NCBI GenBank assembly: GCA_963765945.1
Contig: CAVXYS010000013.1
Location: 60,939 to 124,938, forward strand
Reading direction: 5' to 3'
DNA: 64,000 nt
Source of the DNA: an uncultured Alphaproteobacteria bacterium
Lineage (GTDB): Bacteria; Pseudomonadota; Alphaproteobacteria; Sphingomonadales; Sphingomonadaceae
In this document: positions 41,702 through 51,237 of the stretch, piece after piece
Numbering within the stretch: position 1 is the stretch's first letter
Layout of the letters: the number at the start of each line of letters is the position of its first letter
The notes under the pieces: model-generated
The model's input: the letters and a program-made list of their open reading frames with translations, nothing else
What the model was told of the DNA's origin: nothing
Database searches by the model: none
Program-made: the position numbers and the translations under genes

Positions 41702-41879
41702 CTCCGAACGGCAAAACGCCGCAAGCCATGTTTCCGCCCGGCGAATGCCGGCCGGCCCACGACGGGACGTCTATCAGCACAGGCTTACCAGTTTCTTGCC
41801 GAACGCTTCGTTCCTGCGGGGGAATGGCTTTGCCCCGACGCCGGTTCGGGCGTAGGCTTGGCGGGAGGAGGTCCGTCCG

Positions 41880-42863
41880 ATGCAGCGAAGGCTCTTGCTT
41901 GCCGGTGGTGTTGCGCTTGCCGCGCTGGCCTGCGCTTCGCCGGCCGCGGCCCAGACCGACACCGCCGTGCTGCGCGCCGAATCCGGGCCGATCGACCAGA
42001 CCACCCAGACCGAGGATGTGCGCTACAAGAAGGACGCGGCGGAGCGGATGACCGTTCCCGTCCTGCTGTCGGGCCACGGGCCCTACCGCTTTCTCGTCGA
42101 CACCGGCGCCAACCGCACCGCCGTTTCGCGCCAGGTCGCGAGCCAGCTGCGGTTCGTGTCCGGCGCGGGTGCTGCGCTCCATGACGCGGCCGGCGTGTCG
42201 AACGTCTCGACCGCGACCGTGCCGACGCTCCAGCTGACCAGGAAGGAGGTCCGCAATATCGATGCGGCCTTGCTCGAAAGCGCGAACATGGGCGCCGACG
42301 GCATCCTCGGCACCGATTCGCTGCGGGCGCAGCGCGTGCTGTTCGATTTCGAGGCGCAGACCCTGTCGATCGTTCCCTCGGCCGTGCCCGACTTCAAGGT
42401 CGAGCCGGGGACGATCGTGGTCCAGGGCGCCCGCAAGAACGGCCGCCTGGTCGTCACCGACGCGACCGCCAACGACCGCCCGTTGACGGTCGTGGTCGAT
42501 ACCGGCGCCCAATACAGCATCGGCAATGTCGCGCTGCGCAGGGCGTTGCTAGGCAGCAAGGCCCTCGGTCCGGCCTATCAGGTCGAATTGCAGACCGTCA
42601 CCGGCGACCGGCTGGCGGGCGAATATATGTTCGTCCGCGAGCTCGAGATCGGCGGCGTGACCCTGAAGGACCTGCTGGTCGTGTTCGCCGATGCCCACAC
42701 GTTCAAGACGCTCGGGTTCGACAAGAAGCCCGCGCTGCTGCTGGGGATGAACGCGATGAAGGCGTTCAAGAAGGTCTCGATCGACTTCGCCAGCCGCAAG
42801 CTGCGGGTGGTCATCCCCGAGCACAGCGCGCTCGACCTCAAGCTCGCCGCCCGGTTGCGCTAG
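41880..42863 (+). CDS. Secreted double-domain retropepsin-like aspartyl protease
   Basis: Signal peptide; FLVDTGA and VVVDTGA; GILG and LLGM motifs. Confidence 0.88.
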   Translation: MQRRLLLAGGVALAALACASPAAAQTDTAVLRAESGPIDQTTQTEDVRYKKDAAERMTVPVLLSGHGPYRFLVDTGANRTAVSRQVASQLRFVSGAGAALHDAAGVSNVSTATVPTLQLTRKEVRNIDAALLESANMGADGILGTDSLRAQRVLFDFEAQTLSIVPSAVPDFKVEPGTIVVQGARKNGRLVVTDATANDRPLTVVVDTGAQYSIGNVALRRALLGSKALGPAYQVELQTVTGDRLAGEYMFVRELEIGGVTLKDLLVVFADAHTFKTLGFDKKPALLLGMNAMKAFKKVSIDFASRKLRVVIPEHSALDLKLAARLR

Positions 42864-42915
42864 GAATCGCAGCCACTACACCCCTCGTTCGCCGCAACTG
42901 CGACGGGGCGTGTGG

Positions 42916-43758
42916 ATGATTCCGGATCGAACTGCCAACATCGACCGGCGCACCGTCGAGGGATTCGGCGAGGAATGGGCGGCCTTCACCCAGGAAGAAC
43001 TGCCCCGCGACGAGCAGCAACGGCTGTTCGACCAATATTTCTCGCCCTTTCCGTTCGACCGATTGTCGCCCGATGCCGAAGGGTTCGACCTCGGCTGCGG
43101 CACCGGGCGATGGGCGGCGCTGGTTGCCGAGCGCGTCGGCCGTCTCCACTGCATCGATCCGGCGGCCAAGGCGCTGGCGGTTGCGCGGCGGCGCCTCGCA
43201 TCGGCCGCCAACGTCGCGTTCCACGAGCGCGACGTGGATCGTCTGCCGATGCCGGACGGAAGTCAGGATTTCGGTTATTCGATCGGCGTCCTGCACCACA
43301 TCCCAGACACCGGAGCGGCGCTCGCCCGCTGCGTCGCCAAGCTCAAGCCCGGCGCTCCGTTCCTCGTCTATATCTATTACGCCTTCGACAACCGGCCGGC
43401 CTGGTTCCGGTCCATCTGGAAAGTCTCCGAGATCGGCCGGAGTAGCATCTCGCGGCTTCCGTTCGGTCCCCGCAAGGCGATTACCGGGGCGATCGCGGCG
43501 CTGGTCTACTGGCCGCTGGCGCGCGCCGCGTCGGCCGCCGAGCGGCTGGGCCGCCCGGTCGGCAACTGGCCGCTCGCCGAATATCGCTACCGCAGCTTCT
43601 ACAGCATGCGGACCGACGCGCTGGACCGCTTCGGGACGCGGCTCGAGCATCGGTTCACCCGCGACGAAATCGAGCGCATGATGCAGGCCAGCGGGCTCGA
43701 AGACATCCAATTTCGCGACGGTCCACCGTTCTGGGTGGCCTGTGGGTTCAAGGCTTAG
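42916..43758 (+). CDS. Class I SAM methyltransferase of the type found in polysaccharide loci
   Basis: TVEGFGEEW, DLGCGTGRW, GVLHHIPD, LKPG. Confidence 0.85.
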   Translation: MIPDRTANIDRRTVEGFGEEWAAFTQEELPRDEQQRLFDQYFSPFPFDRLSPDAEGFDLGCGTGRWAALVAERVGRLHCIDPAAKALAVARRRLASAANVAFHERDVDRLPMPDGSQDFGYSIGVLHHIPDTGAALARCVAKLKPGAPFLVYIYYAFDNRPAWFRSIWKVSEIGRSSISRLPFGPRKAITGAIAALVYWPLARAASAAERLGRPVGNWPLAEYRYRSFYSMRTDALDRFGTRLEHRFTRDEIERMMQASGLEDIQFRDGPPFWVACGFKA

Positions 43759-43772
43759 GACAGGGGCCGCGC

Positions 43773-44825
43773 TTGGTCGTCTACTGGCTTCTGTTCCTCT
43801 ACTTCGCCGTGGGTGCCGCGCGCGAGCGTCCGCAGCCGGATGGAACCGCGGCTCGGACCGACATCCCGTTTCTCGTCGGCTGCATCCTGATGACGCTGAT
43901 GATCGGCCTCCGGTACCACGTCGGCGCCGACTGGATTCCGTACGAGGAAATTTTCGCCGACGCCCGGCAAGATGCCGTCGGCTCGCTGCGTTCGATCGGC
44001 GACCCTGGCTATTACCTGGTGAACATCGCGGTCCAGCGGGTCGGAGGCCAGCTATGGGTGGTCAACCTGGTCTGCGCCGCGATCTTCGTCTGGGGACTGA
44101 TGCGCTTCGCCGAGGCGCAACAGCGGCCGTGGCTCGCGATGGTCGTCGCGATTCCCTACCTCGTGATCGTCGTCGCCATCGGTTACACGAGACAGGGCGT
44201 CGCGATCGGCTTCATCCTCGCCGGTCTCGCCTCCTACCTGCGCAAGGGATCCGTGCTTCGCTTTGCCGCCTATGTCGCGCTCGCCGCGACGTTCCATAAG
44301 ACGGCGGTGATCGCGCTGCCGCTGGTCGCGCTGGCCAATGAACGCGGTCGCATCGTCGGACTGCTCGTCGCCGTTTCGATCACTTATCTGTTCTACAATT
44401 TCTTCCTGTCCGCATCGGTCGGCCGGCTGGTCACCAATTACATCGACTACCGCTATGCCGCCGAGGGCGCGGGAATCCGGGTCGCAATGAGCGTGGTCCC
44501 GGCGGCGCTGTTCCTGCTACGCTCTCGCCAGCTCGGCTTTTCCGAGCGCGAGCGGCGCCTGTGGCGCAATCTTTCCTTCGCGGCTTTCGGCTTTCTGTTC
44601 CTGCTCATCGTGGTCCAGTCGAGCGCCGCCATCGACCGCCTCGCGCTCTATACGATCCCGCTCCAGGTCGCGGTGCTGTCGCGGCCGCGCAGCGTATTCA
44701 CCAGCGAAGGGCTCGGCACCTTCCTGGTCATCGCCTACGCCGCGGTCGTTCAGTTCACCTGGCTGACCTTCGCCCACCACGCGCGATTCTGGGTGCCCTA
44801 TCATTTCTGGCCGTTCGGAAGCTGA
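43773..44825 (+). CDS. EpsG-family (Wzy-like) membrane protein
   Basis: GLRYHVGADW..Y, DPGY, RQGVA, FHKTA; about 10 TM segments. Confidence 0.85.
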   Translation: MVVYWLLFLYFAVGAARERPQPDGTAARTDIPFLVGCILMTLMIGLRYHVGADWIPYEEIFADARQDAVGSLRSIGDPGYYLVNIAVQRVGGQLWVVNLVCAAIFVWGLMRFAEAQQRPWLAMVVAIPYLVIVVAIGYTRQGVAIGFILAGLASYLRKGSVLRFAAYVALAATFHKTAVIALPLVALANERGRIVGLLVAVSITYLFYNFFLSASVGRLVTNYIDYRYAAEGAGIRVAMSVVPAALFLLRSRQLGFSERERRLWRNLSFAAFGFLFLLIVVQSSAAIDRLALYTIPLQVAVLSRPRSVFTSEGLGTFLVIAYAAVVQFTWLTFAHHARFWVPYHFWPFGS

Positions 44826-44876
44826 GGCAGCCTGACCGCTGGCGGCGGGGCTGGGGGCGGGTTATGCTCGGCCCCG

Positions 44877-46112
44877 ATGGATGCTCGGACCCGCAAGCAC
44901 GGCCACGTGGTCGACGACGACACCGCCGACGAGGCGCGCGTGCTGGCCGAGACGATCACCGTCAAGCGCGACCGGCTGCTCGCCTCGCTGACCCTGATCG
45001 GCGGGATCGGGCTGGTCGTCGCCATTCCGTTCGCGCTGCGCGGCGGGGCAGAATTCTTCATGCCGGTCACGGCCGCGCTGGTCGTCGCCATCGCGCTGGT
45101 GCCGCTGCTCGAATGGTTCGAGCGGCGCGGCGTGCCGTCGCGGCTCGCGGCGGGCCTGTGCATGATCATCTTCCTCGCCATCGCCTTGTTCGCGATCGGC
45201 TCGATCGTCATTCCGGCGAGCGACTGGGTGGCGCAGGTGCCGGGCAAGATCCCGAAGGTCCGCGCTGCGCTCGAGCCGGTGTTCGACCTCTACAAGAACC
45301 TCGACCGGTTCATCGACCGCACCGTGTCGCAGATCGCGGTCACGCAGGAGCGGACGCGGGCGGTCAGGATCGAAACTCCGAGCTCGATGCTCGGGCTGCT
45401 GACCAGCTCGGCGCCGCACCTGCTGATCCAGCTGTTCTTCGCGCTGCTGGTGATCTTCTTCTTCCTCGCCGGCTGGACCTCAATGCGCAAGCAGACGATC
45501 GTCAGCCGCGGCAGCTTCGAGGGCGCATTGACCACCGCCCGGGTGATCCAGCAGGTGGTCGACGCGACCTCGACCTATCTCGGCACGATCACGCTCATCA
45601 ACGTCGGCCTCGGCGGGCTGACCGCGCTGGTGCTGTGGTGGCTGGGGATGCCCTCGCCGGTGATGTGGGGCGGCATCGTCGCGGTGCTCAACTACATCCC
45701 GTACCTGGGGCCGATCGCCTCGGCCCTGGCGCTGTTCCTCGGCGGGCTGATGACCTACCCCGACGTGTGGGGCGCGCTGCTGCCGCCGGCGGCCTTCGTC
45801 AGCCTCCATCTGGTCGAGGCCAATTTCTTCACGCCGATGGTGGTCGGCAAGCGGCTGACGATCAGCCCGCTGGCGATCCTCGTGTCGCTGTCCTTCTGGT
45901 CGTGGGTGTGGGGGACCACCGGGGCGCTGCTGGCGGTGCCGCTGCTGATCATTTTGAAGACCATCTTCTCCGCCGCAGGCACTCCGGACATCGCCGGATT
46001 CCTGTTCGAGCACGGGACTTTGACCCATGCCGGCGACCCCGACGAAGAGGCCGAAGACGAGAAACGGGAAATGCAGCCGGCCATGGTTGACACTCCCCAA
46101 CCGCCCTCCTAG
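44877..46112 (+). CDS. AI-2E family transporter
   Basis: LNYIPYLGP, P..VGKRL, WG..GALLAVPL. Confidence 0.9.
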   Translation: MDARTRKHGHVVDDDTADEARVLAETITVKRDRLLASLTLIGGIGLVVAIPFALRGGAEFFMPVTAALVVAIALVPLLEWFERRGVPSRLAAGLCMIIFLAIALFAIGSIVIPASDWVAQVPGKIPKVRAALEPVFDLYKNLDRFIDRTVSQIAVTQERTRAVRIETPSSMLGLLTSSAPHLLIQLFFALLVIFFFLAGWTSMRKQTIVSRGSFEGALTTARVIQQVVDATSTYLGTITLINVGLGGLTALVLWWLGMPSPVMWGGIVAVLNYIPYLGPIASALALFLGGLMTYPDVWGALLPPAAFVSLHLVEANFFTPMVVGKRLTISPLAILVSLSFWSWVWGTTGALLAVPLLIILKTIFSAAGTPDIAGFLFEHGTLTHAGDPDEEAEDEKREMQPAMVDTPQPPS

Positions 46113-46115
46113 GTG
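46087..46115 (+). promoter_or_regulatory. Candidate sigma70 promoter of tRNA-Asp
   Basis: TTGACA-N17-TAGGTG within the last codons of the upstream gene. Confidence 0.5.
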
Positions 46116-46133
46116 CCGCGCACGCCAAAAAAC

Positions 46134-46210
46134 GCGGGTGTAGCTCAGTCGGTTAGAGCGCCGGCCTGTCACGCCGGAGGTCGCGGGTTCGAGCCCCGTC
46201 ACTCGCGCCA
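46134..46210 (+). tRNA. tRNA-Asp(GTC)
   Basis: GCGGGTGTAGCTCAGTCGGTTAGAGCG, anticodon loop CTGTCAC, GGTTCGAG T-arm, encoded CCA. Confidence 0.98.
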
Positions 46211-46248
46211 CTTTTCACGTCCCGCCGGACTGAATTAGACGCGCCGCG

Positions 46249-46990
46249 ATGGTCGCCGACGCCTCCGCTTATGCTGTCCTGGGCGTGGAGCCCGGCGCCG
46301 ACTGGGCCGCCGTCGAGCGCGCCTACAAGGAGCTGATCAAGGTCCACCATCCGGACCGCTCGGGCGGCGACGCCCAGCGTGCCACCGCGATCATCCACGC
46401 CTATCGAGAGCTTAAGCGCGCGCGCGACGCGAAGGGCGCCCTCATCCTGGTCGACGAGGCGCCGGCCGGGCGGCGGGGGTACGACTGGCTGTGGGCGGCG
46501 CTCGCGGTGGCCGCGGTCGGCGCGCTGGTGTTCACGCTCGGGCCGCTCAAGCCGCCGCGCGCCGACCGGCCGGCCGCTGCGGCGCGCGAGGCGGCGGCGG
46601 ACCCGATGGATTCGGACCCGAGCGCCGCGCTCATCGACGCCGCGGTCCGCGACGCGACCCGGATCTTCCGGACGCGCGACGAGATGGCGCTGGCGAGCGC
46701 CAGCCGCGACTGCCACAACCGGCTGCGCGCCGAGCCGAGCCTCGGCCAGCTCGACCGCTGCGCGGCGTTCGACGATGCGGTGGTGATGCTTCAGGACCGG
46801 GACCCGCTGCGCAGCCAGGGGCCGTTCAGCGAGCTCGCCGTGACCAGCCGCCAGCTCGGCGCCGGGGCGATCCTGTCCAATGATTCGCTCGCGGTCGACA
46901 GCCGGCTCGACCGGATCCGGCTGCAGGTCGAGCTGGCGCTGGCGGGGCCGCCGCCGGCTGCCGGAGGAGCCGGGAAGCGGGGGCGACTAG
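46249..46990 (+). CDS. J-domain membrane protein (3' end approximate)
   Basis: AYAVLGV...AYKELIKVHHPDR, one TM, C-terminal domain with two Cys. Confidence 0.8.
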
Positions 46991-48107
46991 CGCTGGGCAG
47001 CCGCGCCGGCGGCGCCGGCGGTGGCGGCGTTGTCCGACTTGCCGAACGCCTGTTCGTCGGTCGCGACGAACTCGTTCGACAACGTCCATTTGAGGTTGTC
47101 CGACGCCTCGAACTTCTTCACATAATCCTCGTGCGGCGCTTCGTCCGACGCCTTGCGCGCCGCATCGAGCTTGAAGCGAACCGCGACCCGGCCGGGAGCG
47201 GCCCCCGTGACTTCGACGCCGGGAACCTCGGCTGCGAGCTCGGTCGCCTCCTCGGTCGACTGGTTGGCGGTCGGCGGCCTCGGCGGCGAGCGCGGCGTCG
47301 CGCAGGGCGCGGGCGTTGGGCTCATGGCCCGAATAATGGCCGGTGAAGGCGGCCGGACGGCCCCAGCCGCCGGCCCAGCGGTAGAAGATGTGCGCCCCGA
47401 CGACGGCATTCTTGGCCAGCGTCGGCGCCCAATAGGGCACGACGTAATTGGCGTGATAATGGGTGGCATAGCCGACCGGAGCGTAGACCGCGCCGTTCAG
47501 CGCCTGCTGCGCGATGGTGTAGGCGCGGCGCCACCCGGCGAGGTCGGGCTGGCGGTAGAGCGAGCCGTCGCAGGTGAAGGTGAACTGGCAGCCGGTCGCC
47601 CGGGTCGAGCCTTCGTAGACGACCCCGCAGACGCTCGCCGGGAAGGCGGGGTGGCGGACCCGGTTGAGGACCACCTGGGCGACCGCGCGCTCGCCGTCGT
47701 CGTCCTGGCTGCCGGCTTCGTAATAGACCGCGCTGGCGAGGCACTCGAGCGCGCGCTTGCGCGCCGCGGTGTCGCCCTTGAAGGCGAACGGCGTCGCCGC
47801 CGGGTTGGGCCCGGCGCTCGAGCGGGATACCCTGGTTGATCTGCAATGCCTGGTCGGGCGCGAGCTGGCGGATCAGGAGGGGCGGGGGAGCCGGAACGGC
47901 AACCGTCGGCTGGCCGCGCCGGCCGGCAAGCTCGGGCGTCGAATGGGCGACGCCGCCGAGCACCGCCGCGCCGGCCACCGCGAGCAGGCCGAAGGCCGCC
48001 GTTTCGCGCGGATAGGCGCGCCACAGGCGCTGCGCGCGCAGGCTTAGCTGCGCCGCATTCTTCCGGAGCACCCGCAACGGGTGCTGAAGAGCCAGTCCTT
48101 GCGACAT
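46987..48107 (-). CDS. SleB-type cell wall hydrolase (frameshifted)
   Basis: CLASAVYYEA, VAQVVLNRV, CQFTF, ATHYHANYVVPYWA, GAHIFY. Confidence 0.9.
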
Positions 48108-48149
48108 GCTAGTGATATAGCGCCATAATACAGTTTTTTCAACGCGCAC

Positions 48150-48374
48150 TCACCTCGGGAGCCGCCACCGTCCGCTCTCGATCCACCGCACAAGCGGCCG
48201 CAACGGGACGATCCACGCCAACCCCATTACCAGATAGAAGGGCGCCTGGGCCAGAACAGGCCACCGTCCGACGAACGGCGCGAGGCTTACGACGAACGCC
48301 GCCCAAAGGACGATCAGCAGCAGAATCAGCCCGATTCCGGCCAGTTTTCGCGACGACGGCTGGGCCGGGCTCAC
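48150..48374 (-). CDS. DUF2842 small membrane protein
   Basis: RKLAG...FYLVMGLAWIVP; two TM segments. Confidence 0.8.
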   Translation of the reverse strand: MSPAQPSSRKLAGIGLILLLIVLWAAFVVSLAPFVGRWPVLAQAPFYLVMGLAWIVPLRPLVRWIESGRWRLPR

Positions 48375-49714
48375 CGCCCGATCCCGAACAGCCCGCCGCG
48401 GCGCGTCCGCCCGGGCTGGACTTGGTCCTTGCCGTAGAAATCGTCGAAATAGACGATCGACGTCCCGCTCGGGACCGCGGTCAGGTAGGTCAGATAGATC
48501 GGCACCGGGGCGGGCAGGTTGACCTTCTGCTCGGGGTGCGCGCCCTTGGGGCTCGGCGGGCGGCCGTAGAACAGCCAGCGGGCGAAGCGCGGCGCGTCCT
48601 CGAGCCGGACGCAGCCGTTGCTCTGCAGCCGCGCAGCGTCCTCGATCTTCTCTTTCTCCGGAGTGTCGTGGAGCCAGATGCCCTGCTCGTTGGGGAACAT
48701 GAACTTCATCTTGCCCATGGAGTTGGCCGGTCCGGGCTTCTGCCGGAGGCGAGCCTGCACTCGGCCGGCTTGAACCGCACGCCAGTCGATCGACATCGGG
48801 TCAAGGACCCGCGCGTGATCGGACCAGTCGGACAGCAGCTCGTAGCCCCGGTTCCTGAAATAGGCGCGGCCCTCCTTGAGGATGGTCGGCGCAAGCTTCT
48901 TCGCGGTGATGTCGGCCGGCGAGTTCCAGTAGGGATTGAGCGCGATGTAGCGCATGTAGGCGACCATCATCGGCGTCTGGGCGATCGGGTCGGGCCGGCC
49001 GGCGACGACCCGCATCGAGTCCACCACCTGGCCGTTCTCGTACATGTAGAGCCGCGCGGCCGGGGCGTTGACGATGACGTAGCGGCCGCTGGTCGAGGGC
49101 AGGACCCGGGCGCGCTCGAGGTTGAGCGCGAGCAGGTGGCGCTGGGTCGGGTTGAGGTACAGGCCGCTGGCCAGCGCGAGCCGGAGGTTGGCGTAGATCG
49201 GGTTCATCCAGCCCATTTTCTGGACATAGTCGGTGAGCGACGGGGCCGTCGCCGCCTGGCCGAGGATCGTTGCCGCCGACGGCGGGGTCGGCTTGAGCTC
49301 CTGATCGACGTAGATGACGCCGACCCGCGGATCATGCTTCTGGTCGCGGACGTAGGTCACGAACGCCTGGCTCAAGCGGGCCTCGGCCTCGCGGATTGCA
49401 TTGGGGTCGCCGCGCTGCGCCGCCCCGACCAGGCGGGCGAGGGTGCGCGTGTCGTAACGGCGCGGGTCGAGGTTCTCGGCCGAGGCGGTGGTCAGCAGCT
49501 GGATCAGTTGCTGCGGCGCGGCGCCCGAGCGCGGCGAGAACCATAAGGGCGCGCCGCCGCGCGAGCGATAGAAAGCCGCGATCGCCGCCGCCTGGTCGGA
49601 CACGGCGGCGGGGCGGGCGGCGACCAATTCGGCCGGACGCGGCGCGATGCCGAGGAAAGCCGTGCCCAGCGCGACGGCGGCCGCCGCGGTCAAAGATGCC
49701 CGAATGAGTGTCAC
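48371..49714 (-). CDS. L,D-transpeptidase (YcbB-like)
   Basis: LNLERAR, NPYWN, RQKPGPANSMGKMKFMFPN, LHDTP, SNGCVRL. Confidence 0.92.
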   Translation of the reverse strand: MTLIRASLTAAAAVALGTAFLGIAPRPAELVAARPAAVSDQAAAIAAFYRSRGGAPLWFSPRSGAAPQQLIQLLTTASAENLDPRRYDTRTLARLVGAAQRGDPNAIREAEARLSQAFVTYVRDQKHDPRVGVIYVDQELKPTPPSAATILGQAATAPSLTDYVQKMGWMNPIYANLRLALASGLYLNPTQRHLLALNLERARVLPSTSGRYVIVNAPAARLYMYENGQVVDSMRVVAGRPDPIAQTPMMVAYMRYIALNPYWNSPADITAKKLAPTILKEGRAYFRNRGYELLSDWSDHARVLDPMSIDWRAVQAGRVQARLRQKPGPANSMGKMKFMFPNEQGIWLHDTPEKEKIEDAARLQSNGCVRLEDAPRFARWLFYGRPPSPKGAHPEQKVNLPAPVPIYLTYLTAVPSGTSIVYFDDFYGKDQVQPGRTRRGGLFGIGR

Positions 49715-49835
49715 GCCCGCTCCTGTCGCCTGATCCCGCCCGTCCCAACGCAGAGCGGGCGAAAAACGTCCAAATCGGCGTCGCGACGCCGGGATTCAAT
49801 GGAATAAGTGTGTGGAAGCATGATCTTACGCACGG

Positions 49836-50406
49836 CTACCTGAACCATTCCAGACCGTCGGGACTGGCGAAGCCGTTCAGCGGAATGTCCCAGTCGTCCG
49901 CCGGAATCGTCATCGGCCAGGCGCTGCAGCGACCAGCCGACGCCGACCAGCCGGGCGCCGATCTTCTTCAGGCGGATCAGCGCCCGGTCGTAATGGCCCT
50001 TGCCGCGGCCGAGGCGCGTGCCCGAGCCGTCGATCGCGATCAGCGGCACGAGCACGAGGTCGGGCTCGACCACCGGATGGCGCTTGGCCGGCTGCATCAT
50101 CCCGAACGGGCCGGCCTCGAGCGGGTCGCCGGCGATGAAGCGGAACGGCTTTGCCGGGTTGTGGAAGCAGGGGTAGGCGACGATCGCGCCGACCGCGCGC
50201 GCTTCTTCCATCGCCGGCAGCGGGCTGATCTCGGACCCGAGCGGACAATAGCCGCCGACCACGGAGACTCCCGCGAACAGCGAGGTCAGATGCTCGGCGA
50301 GGCGGTGCTCGAGCTTGGCCCGCTGGGCGTCGGAGAGGGTCGCGACGAACGCCTTGCGCGCGTCGAGCGCGGCGCGGCGCAGCGACTCCTTGGACAGCGG
50401 CTCCAT
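49836..50406 (-). CDS. 5-formyltetrahydrofolate cyclo-ligase (frameshift near 3' end)
   Basis: PDLVLVPL, GTRLGRGKGHYDR; directly downstream of 6S RNA. Confidence 0.92.
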
Positions 50407-50440
50407 GTCGGGCCGCTGGCTGCCGGGGCCGGGAGGAAGT

Positions 50441-50597
50441 GACGGGACCACCATGGCCGTTTGCCGGAAATCCTCTGACGCCACAAACGTCAGGTGGGAA
50501 CCATGTGCACCGGACCAGGGTCCGGACAGGGACAGCTCCCTAGGATATTTAATCGCCTCAGGGATTTTCGTGGCTTCGTACCGGGCAGTACCCGTCG
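50441..50597 (-). ncRNA. ssrS: 6S RNA
   Basis: Long self-complementary rod (GACGGG...CCCGTC ends) in the canonical zapA / 5-FTHF cyclo-ligase interval. Confidence 0.88.
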
Positions 50598-50601
50598 GCT
50601 C

Positions 50602-50941
50602 CTACTTAGGGACTGCCGCGTCGTTCTCAAGCTGCTGGGCGAGCGATTCGAGGCGCCCGGCGAGCGCTTCGGCGCGCTGCACCAGCGCCGGGTCCGGGCC
50701 GGACGACTCGGGCGGCGGCGGCACGGCGTCCGGGCGGCTTCTCGATCAACTGGTCGGCCAGGAGCAAGCGAGGCGAACAGGAACTGGCGCGCTTCGCTAA
50801 GCGTGCCGAGCCCGGCCAGCGCTTCGCGGCTCTTGCCGTCGACCAGCCGCGCCGCGGCCCGCAGAGTTCTCCTCCTCGCCCTCGCGGCAGGCGACCTGGT
50901 AGGTGCGCCCGGCGATATTGAGGTCGACCATCGACGACCAT
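50602..50941 (-). CDS. zapA: Cell division protein ZapA (frameshifted)
   Basis: IAGRTYQVACREGEEE, LLLADQL; synteny with 6S RNA. Confidence 0.88.
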
Positions 50942-51114
50942 CAGGCGGCGGCCTCGCGGATCAGCTCGTCGAGCTCCTCGACCACTTCGCGGACCTTGGC
51001 GCGAAGCTCCTCGTCGCGGCCGGCGGCGGGCTGCGCGGCTGCGAGCGCGCGCTCGATCCGCTCGAGCGCCCGCTCGGCGCGGTCGAGGGCAGTGGAAAGC
51101 GGCGCGTCGTCCAT
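50941..51114 (-). CDS. 57-aa coiled-coil protein upstream of zapA
   Basis: MDDAPLSTALDRAERALERIERALA...VVEELDELI; TGATG coupling to zapA. Confidence 0.75.
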   Translation of the reverse strand: MDDAPLSTALDRAERALERIERALAAAQPAAGRDEELRAKVREVVEELDELIREAAA

Positions 51115-51237
51115 CGCTATCCGCTACGCAACTTCCCGATTCCGGGCAAGCATTGACGCTTCACGGCGCACCTTCCAAAGGGGCCGCGCCAGCGGCCTGT
51201 CATCACGGGCCGAACCGATCCCGACCGACGGAGCCAC

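Noticed and set aside
46134-46260. tRNA-Asp as an island integration site
   Set aside because: No integrase, no duplicated tRNA 3' end and no compositional break downstream.
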